DNA from: Octopus sinensis
Taxonomy: Eukaryota
Length of the DNA: 64,000 nt
NCBI RefSeq assembly: GCF_006345805.1
Contig: NC_043000.1
Location: forward strand, 29,202,001-29,266,000
Direction of reading: 5' to 3'
Part shown: positions 53,325-64,000 of the stretch, piece after piece
How the letters are laid out: the number at the start of each line of letters is the position of its first letter
How positions within the stretch are numbered: position 1 is the first letter of the stretch
The notes under the pieces: model-generated
Database searches by the model: none
The model's input: only the letters and a program-made list of their open reading frames with translations
Told to the model about the DNA's origin: nothing
Translations under genes and position numbers: made by a program

Positions 53325-54970
53325 TTACATATACTGACCTTACAAAGGTCTTGACAATTATTTTGTCGTATTTACATACCGAAATTACCGGTAAATAATT
53401 GTTGGTTACATGAAAAACCACAGGAAATTATTTACCATTTTTATTGTATTACTATGTGGATTCCCATTCCATACGATTACCCAGAAGCGCGCATGGTAGA
53501 ATTTTGGGAGGTAACATTTACGTTCCCAGTTCGTTACTCGTTTTAAACATCTGCGCACTTCCCCCCCCACTATCTGATGTCGCTGGGTCAGAAGTGAGGG
53601 CTGGTGGCTTTTGATAAATCTATCGAATATAGCGCTGATGACGGAATTCAAACTCCCCTTTTTTATATGTTTGTGATCCAGAAACACCGTGTTCGCTATT
53701 AACGGTAAGTGACTGATTCGTATATTTGCCACTCCGGTTTTGTGTATGTGAGCCGCAAGGGCTTCGTTTTTGGAACTCCACTTATAGATGGAAAAAACGG
53801 TCTTTGACTGCCATTTCTAATTCCTTCGGTATGAGGCGAAACAGCTTGCTGCTAGCCAACTTATTTTTCTTTACTATATATGAAACCTTACAAAGGTTGA
53901 CAATTATTTTGTCGTATTTACATACCGAAATTTACCGGTAAATAATTGTTGGTTACATGAAAAAACACAGGAAAATTATTTACCATTTTTATTGTATACT
54001 ATGTGGATTCCTATTCCATTACGATTACCCAGAAGGCGCGCATGGTAGAATGTTGGAGGGAAAATTTACGTCCCAGTCGTTACTCGGTTTTAACATCTGC
54101 GCACTTCCCCCCACTATCTGATGTCGCTGGGTCAGAAGTGAGGGCTGGTGGCTTTTGATAAAGCTATCGAATATAGCGCTGATGACGGAATTCAAACTCC
54201 CCTTTTTTTATATGTTGTGATCCAGAAACACCGTGTTCGCTATTACGGTAAGTGACTGAATTCGTATATTTGCCACTCGGTTTGTGTATGTGAGCCGCAA
54301 GGGCCTTCGTTTTTGGAATCTCCACTTATAGAAATGGAAAAAAACGGTTTTGACTGCCATTTCTAATTCCTTCGGTATGAGGCGAAACAGCTTGCTGCTA
54401 GCCAACTTATTTTTCTTTACTATATACTGAACCTTACAAAGGTCTTGACAATTATTTTGTCGTATTTACATACCGAAATTTACCGGTAAATAATTGTTGG
54501 TTACATGAAAAACCACAGGAAAATTATTTACCATTTTTATTGTATTACCATGTGGATTCCTCATTCCATTACGATTACCCAGAAGGCGCGCATGGCAGAA
54601 TTTTGGAGGGAAAATTTACGTTCCCAGTCGTTACGCGGTTTTAACATCTGCGCACTTCCCCCCACTATCTGATGTCGCTGGGTCAGAAGTGAGGGCTGGT
54701 GGCTTTTGATAAAGCTATCGAATATAGCGCTGATGACGGAATTCAAACTCCCCTTTTTTTATGTTTGTGATCCAGAAACACCGTGTTCGCTATTAACGGT
54801 AAGTGACTGAATTCGTATATTTGCCACTCCGGTTTTGTGTATGTGAGCCGCAAGGGCCTTCGTTTTTGGAATCTCCACTTATAGAAATGGAAAAAACGGT
54901 CTTTGACTGCCATTTCTAATTCCTTCGGTATGAGGCGAAACAGCTTGCTGCTAGCCAACTTATTTTTCTT
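53325..54970. repeat. ~547-bp tandem array, three complete copies
   Basis: Same landmark (acg|gtaagt) at 53705, 54248, 54799; copies differ mainly by 1-bp indels. Confidence 0.95.
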
Positions 54971-55027
54971 TATATATGTATATATATATATATGTATGTA
55001 TGTATATGTATGTATGTATGTGTATAT

Positions 55028-55985
55028 GTTCCCATGTTTGTTTTTACGTTTTCGTTTCTCGTTGAGTTCTATGTCTATTTGTGGTGTCCTGTACTCACGT
55101 ATATATATTTATATATGCATATATATATACATGTAGATGTAGGTACGTACATATATGTATGTATGCATATATTTTATTTTTTACACTATTGTATGACTGA
55201 GCGCCCTCGCGTCGATTCGATTTCGTTTCCTCCAAGTAAGTTTTTATATATAATTATGACGCGAAACTCTATAACCCTTTGCTTGACCTTCCCTTCTTTC
55301 CCTCTCTCTCTCTCTCTCTCTCTCACTACTCCTAATCTCTCTCACAGCCGCTTGTCTTCCTCTATCTTTCTCTTTCTCACTCCTCCTCATCTCTCACACA
55401 GCCGGGCGACTACTTCCTTTCGCCTGCGGCCTCCTAACAGTGAACACACATTCTTCCTGCGCTCTTAAGAATCTTTCCTCGTCTAGGCAAAAAAAAGGCC
55501 CTCATTGTTTGTTTTTATTTCTTGTACTGTATTTTTTGTAATTGTATTTTTATTTTGTATTTTATTTTGTATTTTATTTTGTAATTTTATTTGTATCGTT
55601 TTTACGTCCTGGTTTTGTCACATTTTTTTCTTTCCTTGTTTTTACCCCTCTGCGAAGTAATTTTATTTAATTCTTTCGCAGGAAAGGCTAGTTCGACGAG
55701 TCGTGTTCTGCCCTCACCTTCGAAACACGCTGGAGTTGAACTAGGGAGAGCTGATGAAGGGGAATTTTCCTTGTGTAGTTTGTCTTGTACTCTGTTTTTT
55801 CGTTGTTAAAAAAGGTCCGTTTCCATGTTTGTTTTTACGTTTTCGTTTCTTGTTGAGTTCTACGTCTATTTGTGGTGTCCTATACTCACGTATATATATT
55901 TATATATGCATGTATATATACATGTAGATGTAGGTACGTACATATATGTATGTATGTATGCATATATTTTGTTTTTTACACTATA
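55028..55985. mobile_element. Element with ~160-bp terminal direct repeats, possibly a PLE partial tandem
   Basis: 55028-55185 repeats at 55822-55985; internal ctgatgaagggg and cgaaac remnants. Confidence 0.45.
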
Positions 55986-56171
55986 TATATATATATATAT
56001 ATATATACATACACACACGTATATTTGCATGGCAATATATAAGTATGTATGTACCTAAATATGTAGGCATGTATGTATGGTTGTATGTGTTATCTATCTA
56101 TATTTATCTATCTATTATATATATATACACACATATACATACATGCATACATACATACATACATACATACA

Positions 56172-56251
<80 letters not shown>

Positions 56252-57182
56252 ACATATATAACTACAACATATTTTAATTTACTAATATAATACACACTGA
56301 ATAATATATACATGTGATCGTGTGTGTATATACATATGAAATCAAATGTATATTCACAGAAACACATTCAAGCATGTACATATGCCAGTATATATAATGT
56401 AATATATATTCATGAGTCGACATCTAAACAGACAGCAAATACACACGCACACACACACACATTTATATATGTGTGTGGTGTGTGTGTGTGTGTGCGTATA
56501 CTTCAAAAGATGTATACAATGCACTACAAATAGAGAAATAAGTAGGAATCGAAAAAGAAAACCGATAGAAAAATTAGATACAAACACAATAACAAGTATA
56601 AACATTTGAAGAAAATGTACAAAATTGGATTTGATCTTTTCTCTGACGGAATATATTTTACTTGTAAGACTGGCAGCGATGGAAAAGTGTGCCGACAAGC
56701 TGCGTCAGAAAACATTAGACGAATCAATTTATGTGAGAAGTTAGTGAGCACTGAGTGGATATATATATATATATATATATATGTAGTGAGAGAGAGAGAG
56801 AGAGGAGGTGAGAGATAGAGGGTAGTGGTGAGAGTAGAGAAATATCGAAACCCAGCAGAAAACAGGTTAAAAGATAGGGTCGTGTACAAACGAGGTTCTA
56901 TAATGATTGATGTTCTATTAGATATGATATACATTTGGGAGAAACAAAGTTTTCCACTGAAAATTACTGCAATATTACCCTTGGGGAATGGAACGGGGCA
57001 GTCGATGTTTCTGAGGAACGAGGAATCCAGATAATTCCTACGTCAGATCAAAATATCTCGAGTTATTTATTTATTTATTTATTGGGTTTTAATAGATATG
57101 TATTAGAAGTGTATGTGTTAGTATGTGAGAGAGTGATGACTATACATACATACATACATACATAAATACATACATACATACA

Positions 57183-57216
<34 letters not shown>

Positions 57217-57226
57217 CATATATACA

Positions 57227-57260
<34 letters not shown>

Positions 57261-57472
57261 CATTGATAAATACATACATACATATATACATACATACACA
57301 CATACATGCATACATACATACATAATACATACATACATTCATACACACATGCATACATACATGCATACATACATGCATACATACATACATATATACATAC
57401 ATACATACATATATACATACATACATACATACATACATACATAATACATACATACATGCATACATACCTACA

Positions 57473-57503
<31 letters not shown>

Positions 57504-57914
57504 CTGTGTTCGTGTGTATGATTGATTGACGTCTGTCTTTGTGTGTGTGTGTCTTTGGCATTCGGCTGCTTACATCAGATCAGAACTAAATGTATGAAGG
57601 GTGGAGGAAGCAATTATTGTTTTATTGTCTTTGGCGTCGGAATTACAAGCCTAGCAGAAATTACCAGAAAGCTATCAATGGAAGGAACCAACATCTACAC
57701 TGGATTCAATGAAGACAGATACGTTTATTTGGTCGGAACAATGGGATATACTCCGACTAATATTTTAACACTACACACACAGACAAACGTACAGACACAC
57801 ATACATAGGCACATACACATATACATACTTTCACATAAACACAACCACGCACACACAAACACATACACACACACATACACAGACATACTTATATATTCAG
57901 ATATAGTGCTATAT

Positions 57915-58200
57915 GCATGTGTTTCATCCTCTCTACGCAGCCTGACAGACACAGAGACGCCTCTAACACCTTTGATCTCCATCTCACCTCCCGACCCGGC
58001 CACTACATCACCACAACTGCTTTAGCATCTAACAGGTCGCTCGACCATTGCCTTATCGTGACCACCCATCACACACCCTTATACTGTTTTAATACACTAT
58101 ACTCCGGCCCCGTCTCTAAGATCTTATGGTCTTTCGTGTCAGCTGATTGATTGGTTCCTTGCCAGTTTTATCCCATCACTGGCAAACACATGGGTCGACG
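57915..58200 (+). pseudogene. CR1/Jockey-type LINE AP-endonuclease C-terminal remnant
   Basis: PDRHRDASNTFDLHLTSRP...SLDHCLIV...LWSFVSAD resembles PTR.PD...LDL.LTS.P...SDH.LI...W.F..A.W. Confidence 0.7.
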
Positions 58201-58651
58201 CACTAACCTACTAGAAACAGTGAGAACTTGATAACATTATCGAAGGCATTATCCTTCACATGTTACACTCAACAAAATCTCACGGTCCTAATTGCTCCAT
58301 TTAGTTTACTTGGCTGTATTTCAGCGGCTCAAGCGAAAATATGGATTAAAACATTTAGAAGGAAATCACCGATCCTTACAAAAACAAAAAAGGGTCTCAT
58401 ACAACATGGTCACTCTTCCCTTCAAAGAATGTGCTATATAGAGCTGGCACTCATACTCAGCTATCTCATCAATCTCTGTCTGTCTCTCTCTTATTTCCTC
58501 TCTCTCTCTCTCTCTCTCCCATTTCTGTCTCCACAGGCATATATTCTAATCTTTAAGAGCAAGCCACAGTATATCTCATTCTCAAAGAAGGGCATACCTC
58601 TTACGTTGCCATCCACCGTCTTATAGCATTCACTTCTTCCACTATTCCTAT

Positions 58652-58965
58652 TGGCACTCCGTCGGTTACGACGACGAGTGCTCCAGTCGATCCGATCAAC
58701 GGAACAGCCTGCTCGTGAAGTTAACGTGCAAGTGGCTGAGCACTCCATAGACACGTGCACATTTAACATAGGCCTCAGGGCGATTCAGCGTTACACTCCG
58801 AATGTGACAAGGTTGGCCCTTTTAAATTACAGGTACTGCTCATTTTTACCAGCTGAGTAGACTGGAGCAACGTGAAATAGAATGTCTTGCCCAAGGACTC
58901 AATGCACCACCGTGAATCGAAACCTTGTGATCGTGAGCCGCACGTCCTAATCACTAAATCACGTT
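58652..58965 (-). mobile_element. SINE family C
   Basis: Match to 53003-53322. Confidence 0.85.
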
Positions 58966-59044
58966 CTTCACTTCACTATTTCTAATGTTATCGAAGCAGC
59001 TGTGAATAACAACCTTATCAGATCTCCTTCGCTTTAATGCAGTT

Positions 59045-59164
59045 CTATATTTATGAGATGAGGAATTATGTACATTATTTATATTATTTACATTTCACGG
59101 ATATTTGTCCTCATCTTGTTTGTTGTTAACACAACGTTTCGGCTTATATACCCTCCAGCCTTCA
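59045..59164 (-). mobile_element. H2 repeat, truncated inside the hammerhead core
   Basis: Reverse strand tgaaGGCTggagggtatataAGCCGAAACGTTgtgttaac. Confidence 0.75.
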
Positions 59165-59218
59165 CTTTGTGTATGTATGTATGTATGTATGTGTGTGTGT
59201 GTGTGGTGTGTGTGTGTG

Positions 59219-59254
<36 letters not shown>

Positions 59255-60541
59255 ACGTATGTATGCGTGTATCGCACTCGGAGTAAATAAGGCTATGAAA
59301 AATAATTAGTAGAATAGTGAATAAAAATAATAGAAAAAGTCGAAAACTATCTATGGGACTCGATCTTCTGAGAGCGTAACAGATGTGATAAGATTATACC
59401 AAAGCAACACTTCGAATTTTCTCGAAATTCAAATCCTGTCGTGGTCAACGTTACCTTTTCGAGTGAGTCGATAAATAGCATACTAATCCTGTACTGGGGT
59501 AGATTCTGCGTTTTCTTTCAAGCTACCGCTCTCTCTTTTTCTCTTTCTCTCTACTTTCTCTTTCCCTCCTTCTCTCCATCCCTCACATCTTTGGAAAGGA
59601 ATCGGCTGCGTTCTAGAGGAGGATGGGCTCCGCCAAGTCTAAAAGTTCTCGAGACACATTGTCTCCCTGTACAGCGCCTCTCCGACTTCAGCAAGAACTT
59701 CAGGACTCGAGACAAGACAGGAAAAATAACTTATTGAGGTTTATGGAAAAATTTATTTTAATTGCTCTAAAATCAGTTTTTAATTCGCGGTCCTAAAGAT
59801 TTTATTCGTTAGCAAGTCAGCGAATAAGAAGAATGGTTACCGTGCCGGAAAAAAATGCTTAGCGGCGTTTCTTCCGACTTTACATTCTGAGTTCAAATTC
59901 CACTGAGGTCTTACATCCCGTTCGGGGTCGATAAAATAAATACCAGCAGAGTACTAGTGTCGATGTAATCGACTTATCTTCGCTCCTGAAATTTCTGGCC
60001 TTGCCCTAAAATTCAAAACCAATATTTAATTCATTGACTCAGAAAGAAGTTACAGTGAACCGTTTGGATTTGAACTTCCAACACCAACACATCAAACATC
60101 ACATTACATGTCGTAAAACACCCTACACATCCAGTCACCTCACTCAGTAGGTTTCACAAATAATGTATTTCACATAATTAACTTAATGTCTCTGCAGTTC
60201 TAATTAGGCTGAGAGAGAAATAAATGAATCTGTAATGTCGATAAATTTTATATAAGCCAAGAACGCATCCATCTTGAATTGTTAATTCAACGCATTGATA
60301 TGTTCGTTTCTAGTTTATTTTGTTGGTTTTTGAGACAGGATAAGATGATTCTCAAGTAGTAAGACATAAATGTTTTCAATGTTCGTATCGTTGCTGCAGT
60401 TGTTGTTCTTGATTTTGTGGTTGTTGGTGTTGTTGTTTCTGCATTGTAAACGTAACGCCATGACACGTTGGCATCAAGTATAAATCATAAGATTTCGAGT
60501 TGATGGAGGCGTCAGTCCATTTAAGAAATTAAAATAGGGAC

Positions 60542-60880
60542 ATGCGCAGGCGTGGCTGTGCGGTAAGAAGTTTGCTTCCCCACCCACATGGTTCCGCTTT
60601 CAGTCCCATGCAGTGGTACCTTGTTTTCTACTATAGCCTCAGCCCGACCAAAACCTTGTGAGTGGATTTGGTAGACAGAAACTGAAAATAGCCCGACGAG
60701 CGCGCGCGCGCGCGTGTGTGCGTTTTGGTGTGTTTAGGTCCATGCAACTTTGTAGCCGAATAAATACAAAGCTTTAAAAAATGTACTTGCATTGGTTCGT
60801 TCGACTAAAATACTTCAAGGCGGTGCCCCAGCAAGGCCGCAGTCTCATGACAGAAACAAGTTAAAACGATAAAAGGGAAA
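60542..60880 (+). mobile_element. SINE family D
   Basis: Head, short (CG)/(GT) centre, tail. Confidence 0.85.
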
Positions 60881-61104
60881 AGACGAAAGGTGTGAAAAGA
60901 TATGTTGATGAAGGTCTTCAACAGATGAGCTCCGGAGAAACAATCACATGTCGCAGTGGCACATAGGTCTGGGCGCTCTCTTATCTAAATTAGAAACAGC
61001 TGTAAGCTAATGAAAGTGATTACGTAAGTCCTGTTCTTTTGTCATTCATTTATTAATATTGGTTTCAAATTTTGACACTAGGGTAGAAATTTTGAGGGAG
61101 GGAA

Positions 61105-61460
61105 CTTGTCGATTACATCGACCCCAGTACACAACTGGTACTTATTTTATCGACCCCAAAAGGACGAAAGGCAAAGTGAATCTCAGTGGGATTTGAACTC
61201 AGAACGTCAAGACGGACGAAATGCTGTTAAGCTTTATACTCGGCGTGCTAACGATTCTTATTTCTTTATTGTCCACAAGGGGCCAAACAAGGACAAACGA
61301 TTACATCGACCCCAGTGCGTAACTGGTACTTAATTTATCAACCCCGAAAGGATGAAAGGCAAAGTCGACCTCGGCGGAATTTGAACTCAGAACGTAACGG
61401 CAGACGAAATACCGCTAAGCATTCGCCCGGCGTGCTAACGTTTCTGCCAGCTCGCCGCCT
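61105..61460 (-). mobile_element. Two joined SINE family A units
   Basis: Shortened full unit 61258-61460 plus variant unit 61105-61257. Confidence 0.85.
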
Positions 61461-61719
61461 TCATATATTAATTAAGATTATTTTCTGTACTAATCCGATG
61501 GTTTACTGTAAAGTATAAGTGTACTGAGCCCTAACACGTGGTTATTGGTATTGCTATGACTAAATGTAATCATAACATACGGATATTTATTGTTTCAGGC
61601 GGTGCAATAAAATACCTCGTTGTTTAACTTTTGGAAAATTCCACAAGCTGTGATAAGGTCTTTTTTTTCATTTTTGTTTAGTTTTTTTTTTCTTTTGCTG
61701 TTGAAAAAACAAAATCTTT

Positions 61720-62165
61720 ATTACTCCATTAGCAGATGTTTTCGAGATCTCTGTTCTTGTAGTTAGCGAATATTCATTCTGAGATGTCTTGCCTGCATAC
61801 AAATTGCGAGTGCCTTCTGCAACAGAATGGAGTTTGTTGATGCTAACGTCGTGTGAGCTGTCGATATACATAGGAGGAAGAGTAAGGAGAACAAAACCGA
61901 ACCCTGGGGTACATCAGAGTCGAACCCAGTGTGCGTCTGACAGACCGCATTCAGCACACATCACGATAGCTCTTTCGGGCAGAGAGCAATTGACTCAACA
62001 AACAAGAAACGTACGAAGCCGATAGGCAGAACGCTTTAATACGAGGCTTTTCTTGTTCATCCTTAGCGAAGTATTTGCTGACGTTGAGTGAAACAATAGG
62101 GCGTTCGTCAAATTCCTTGAGAGCGAAAGTCTGGTGTTTAGTGACATAGGAGCGTCAGTGTTTTG
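61720..62165 (-). pseudogene. CR1/Jockey-type LINE RT remnant
   Basis: VSLNVSKYF...SDVPQGSVLFSLLFLLCI...LHSVAEG (decayed LDISKAF, GVPQGSVL, HSYADD). Confidence 0.8.
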
Positions 62166-62190
62166 TAGAAAGATGTAGCGGTGGTCATTG

Positions 62191-62575
62191 TGGAGACACA
62201 GTGGTCCAGTGGTTAGGGCAGCGGACTCGCGGTCATAGGATCGCGGTTTCGATTCCCAGACTGGGCGTTGTGAGTGTTTATTGAGCGAAAACACCTAAAA
62301 GCTCCACGACGTTCCGGCATGGGTGGTGGCGAACCCTGCTGTACTCTTTCATCACAACTTTCTTTCACTCTTTCTTCCTGTTTCTGTTGTACCTATATTT
62401 CAAAAAGGGCCAGCCTTGCCACACACTGTGTCACGCTGAATCTCCCTAAGAACTACGTTAAGAGTACAGGTATCTGTGGAGTGCTCAGCCACTTGCACGT
62501 TAATTCCACGAGCAGGATGTTCCGTTGATCGGATCAAATGGGACTCTCGTCGTCGTAACTGACGGAGATCCACGA
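62191..62575 (+). mobile_element. SINE family B, full length
   Basis: Complete match. Confidence 0.92.
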
Positions 62576-63664
62576 CGTTATATATATATGTATACACATT
62601 ATTCTTAAACAAAAATATTATTGTCAGTAATATTCTAGTTTACGAATAAATTTGTACTTTACAACAGTACAGAGTAACTATTCAGATTAATGTAAGATTG
62701 TTCTTATAATAGAACATAAAACAACGTTGACATACACACGCACGCACAAACACACACACAGATATGTGTGTGTGTGTGTGTGTGTGCGCGCGCGCGCGCG
62801 TGTGTATTTTTAGTTTATTATTATTAGAAAAATATGGCGGTGAGCTAGAAGAATCGTTAGCACGCCGGGCAAAATGCTAAGCGGCATTTCGCCCGACCTT
62901 ACGTTTTCAGTTCAAATTCCACCGAGATCGACTTTGCCTTTTATCTTTTCAGGGTCGATAAATTAAGAACCAACGAAGTACTGAACTCGATGTAATCGAC
63001 AAGTCTACTCCTCCAAGATTTCAGGCCTCGTGCCTTTAGTAGAAAAGCTAATTAGCAAAATACAATATTATAGTATAATGATAGAACCAAATTAACAATT
63101 GGTTTCATTGCAGAGATTAAGAACCATCATCGGCAGTTTTGCCCTTCATCCCTCCGGGGGCGATATGATGGGGGTAGTAACTAAGTACTGGGGTTTAATG
63201 TTTAATGGTATGCACCAAATCAGAGTTGGTGGTCTGGTGTTAAAGTTTGAAACTAGAGATACATACAAACATATTTGCATGCATGCATGCATACATACAT
63301 ACAAACATACATACATACATACATACATACATACATACACATATACATACATACATTCACAACGCATGTGCACATATTTACTCATTCACATACACACACA
63401 CATACACACACATACACACACACACACACACTCACACGCATATATATATAAATATATATATATATACATCTAATATAGGATAAAATTTTCAAAAAAATGT
63501 TATCAATGGCCAGCATATCAAAAAATACCTTTAAGGGTTAAATTTATAAACAAATTATAAACGAGGGCAAAAGAAAAAAATTCAATGCCAAATAGCGATA
63601 AATTATATAGTTATTGACGATTAAGTCTATTTTCGGCATATTTGGCATTGGAATTGTTTTCTTT

Positions 63665-63800
63665 TGCCCTTGTGTAAACAACAAACAGATGTATTAGTTT
63701 AACGTCCGGGAAGTGACAAAGTATTTTACGTTTCGAGCCTTCACTCTTCGACAGAAAAGAACACAGAAATAAACAGGAAGAGAACAAAAGGTTCAAACAT
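63665..63800 (-). mobile_element. PLE-derived repeat with H1 motif
   Basis: Reverse strand cttttCTGTCGAaGAGTgaagGCTCGAAACGTAaaata; context matches 26860-26995. Confidence 0.7.
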
Positions 63801-63869
63801 CTTGGTGTATTGGAGCGATATATATATATATATTTATGTATGTATATATATATATATATATATATATAG

Positions 63870-63920
<51 letters not shown>

Positions 63921-64000
63921 AAACAAGTCAAAATAGAAAATGCTAAAATAATTTTATAAAGAACATTTCAGTACCGGTTTCGGTCATTTTGAGACCTTTT

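Noticed and set aside
53634-53670. CTGATGA in the 547-bp unit
   Set aside because: No GAAA after the putative stem II

Overview
Repeat-saturated, AT-rich animal DNA, intergenic or intronic. The SINE families and microsatellite load look like an octopod cephalopod genome; this is recognition from memory, not a database result. No host protein-coding gene can be supported, and most ORFs in the track are translated microsatellites. The window holds: at least four modular tRNA-derived SINE families in many copies; Penelope-like element (PLE) pieces (GIY-YIG, RT); R4/Dong-type restriction-like-endonuclease (RLE) LINE tails sitting in (TAA)n; a second RLE family associated with (CATA)n; CR1/Jockey-type and mariner remnants; a Helitron with a PIF1 helicase fragment; several MITE/foldback elements; two gag-like CCHC ORF1 elements bracketed by SINE parts; three tandem arrays; and one 100-N gap. 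The most notable signal is a set of 4-5 different minimal type-I hammerhead-ribozyme-shaped motifs, mostly in (TA)n-abutting elements, with shared geometry but variant cores (C3-G8, U3-A8, G3, non-A at position 6). One member has a tRNA-like Pol III head. Coordinates were counted by hand, and boundaries of decayed repeats are approximate.
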